A stretch of DNA of 32,798 nucleotides, from the NCBI RefSeq assembly GCF_001194135.2, contig NC_068994.1, positions 12,593,746-12,626,543 of the forward strand. Reading direction: 5' to 3'. The DNA is from Octopus bimaculoides (taxonomy: Eukaryota). The position numbers and the translations under genes are program-made. Of the stretch, positions 32,758 to 32,798 are shown piece by piece. The notes under the pieces are model-generated. The model ran no database searches. It worked only from the letters and a program-made list of their open reading frames with translations, and was not told the DNA's origin. Position 1 is the stretch's first letter. Each line of letters starts with the position of its first letter.

Positions 32758-32798
<41 letters not shown>
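32715..32798. repeat. (AT)n microsatellite
   Basis: Direct dinucleotide run. Other (AT)n runs occur near 1430, 1744, 9983, 14026, 16505, 25290 and 30930. Confidence 0.9.

Noticed and set aside
19700-32798. Head-to-head partner gene such as POLR1A
   Set aside because: I found no plus-strand coding exon or recognisable peptide in the 13 kb upstream.
1-32798. CRISPR arrays, rRNA genes, operons or prokaryotic defence systems
   Set aside because: The sequence is intron-containing animal DNA with no regularly spaced repeat-spacer array or rRNA similarity.

Overview
AT-rich eukaryotic genomic DNA with ten N-gaps and dense SINEs, LINE tails, MITEs and microsatellites. The repeat content points to an octopus (inference). 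The one gene I can support is the 5' part of PTCD3 (mitochondrial pentatricopeptide-repeat protein, mS39) on the minus strand. Twelve GT-AG exons were rebuilt by hand from an ATG at 19584 down to position 10, and the gene continues off the left edge. Two expected exons are not visible and probably lie in gaps. Most ORF-track entries are gap read-through, microsatellite or repeat translations. The best non-gene observation is a young RTE-type LINE (11396-12665). Its open reading frame has a PHD-type zinc finger just before the RT thumb, it splits a hAT MITE end cleanly, and it shows that the abundant (CAT)n-CGTTTAACGTCC repeat is this LINE's 3' end. I found no convincing new biological system. 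The findings are modest, testable leads, and all homology calls are from recall, not database searches.
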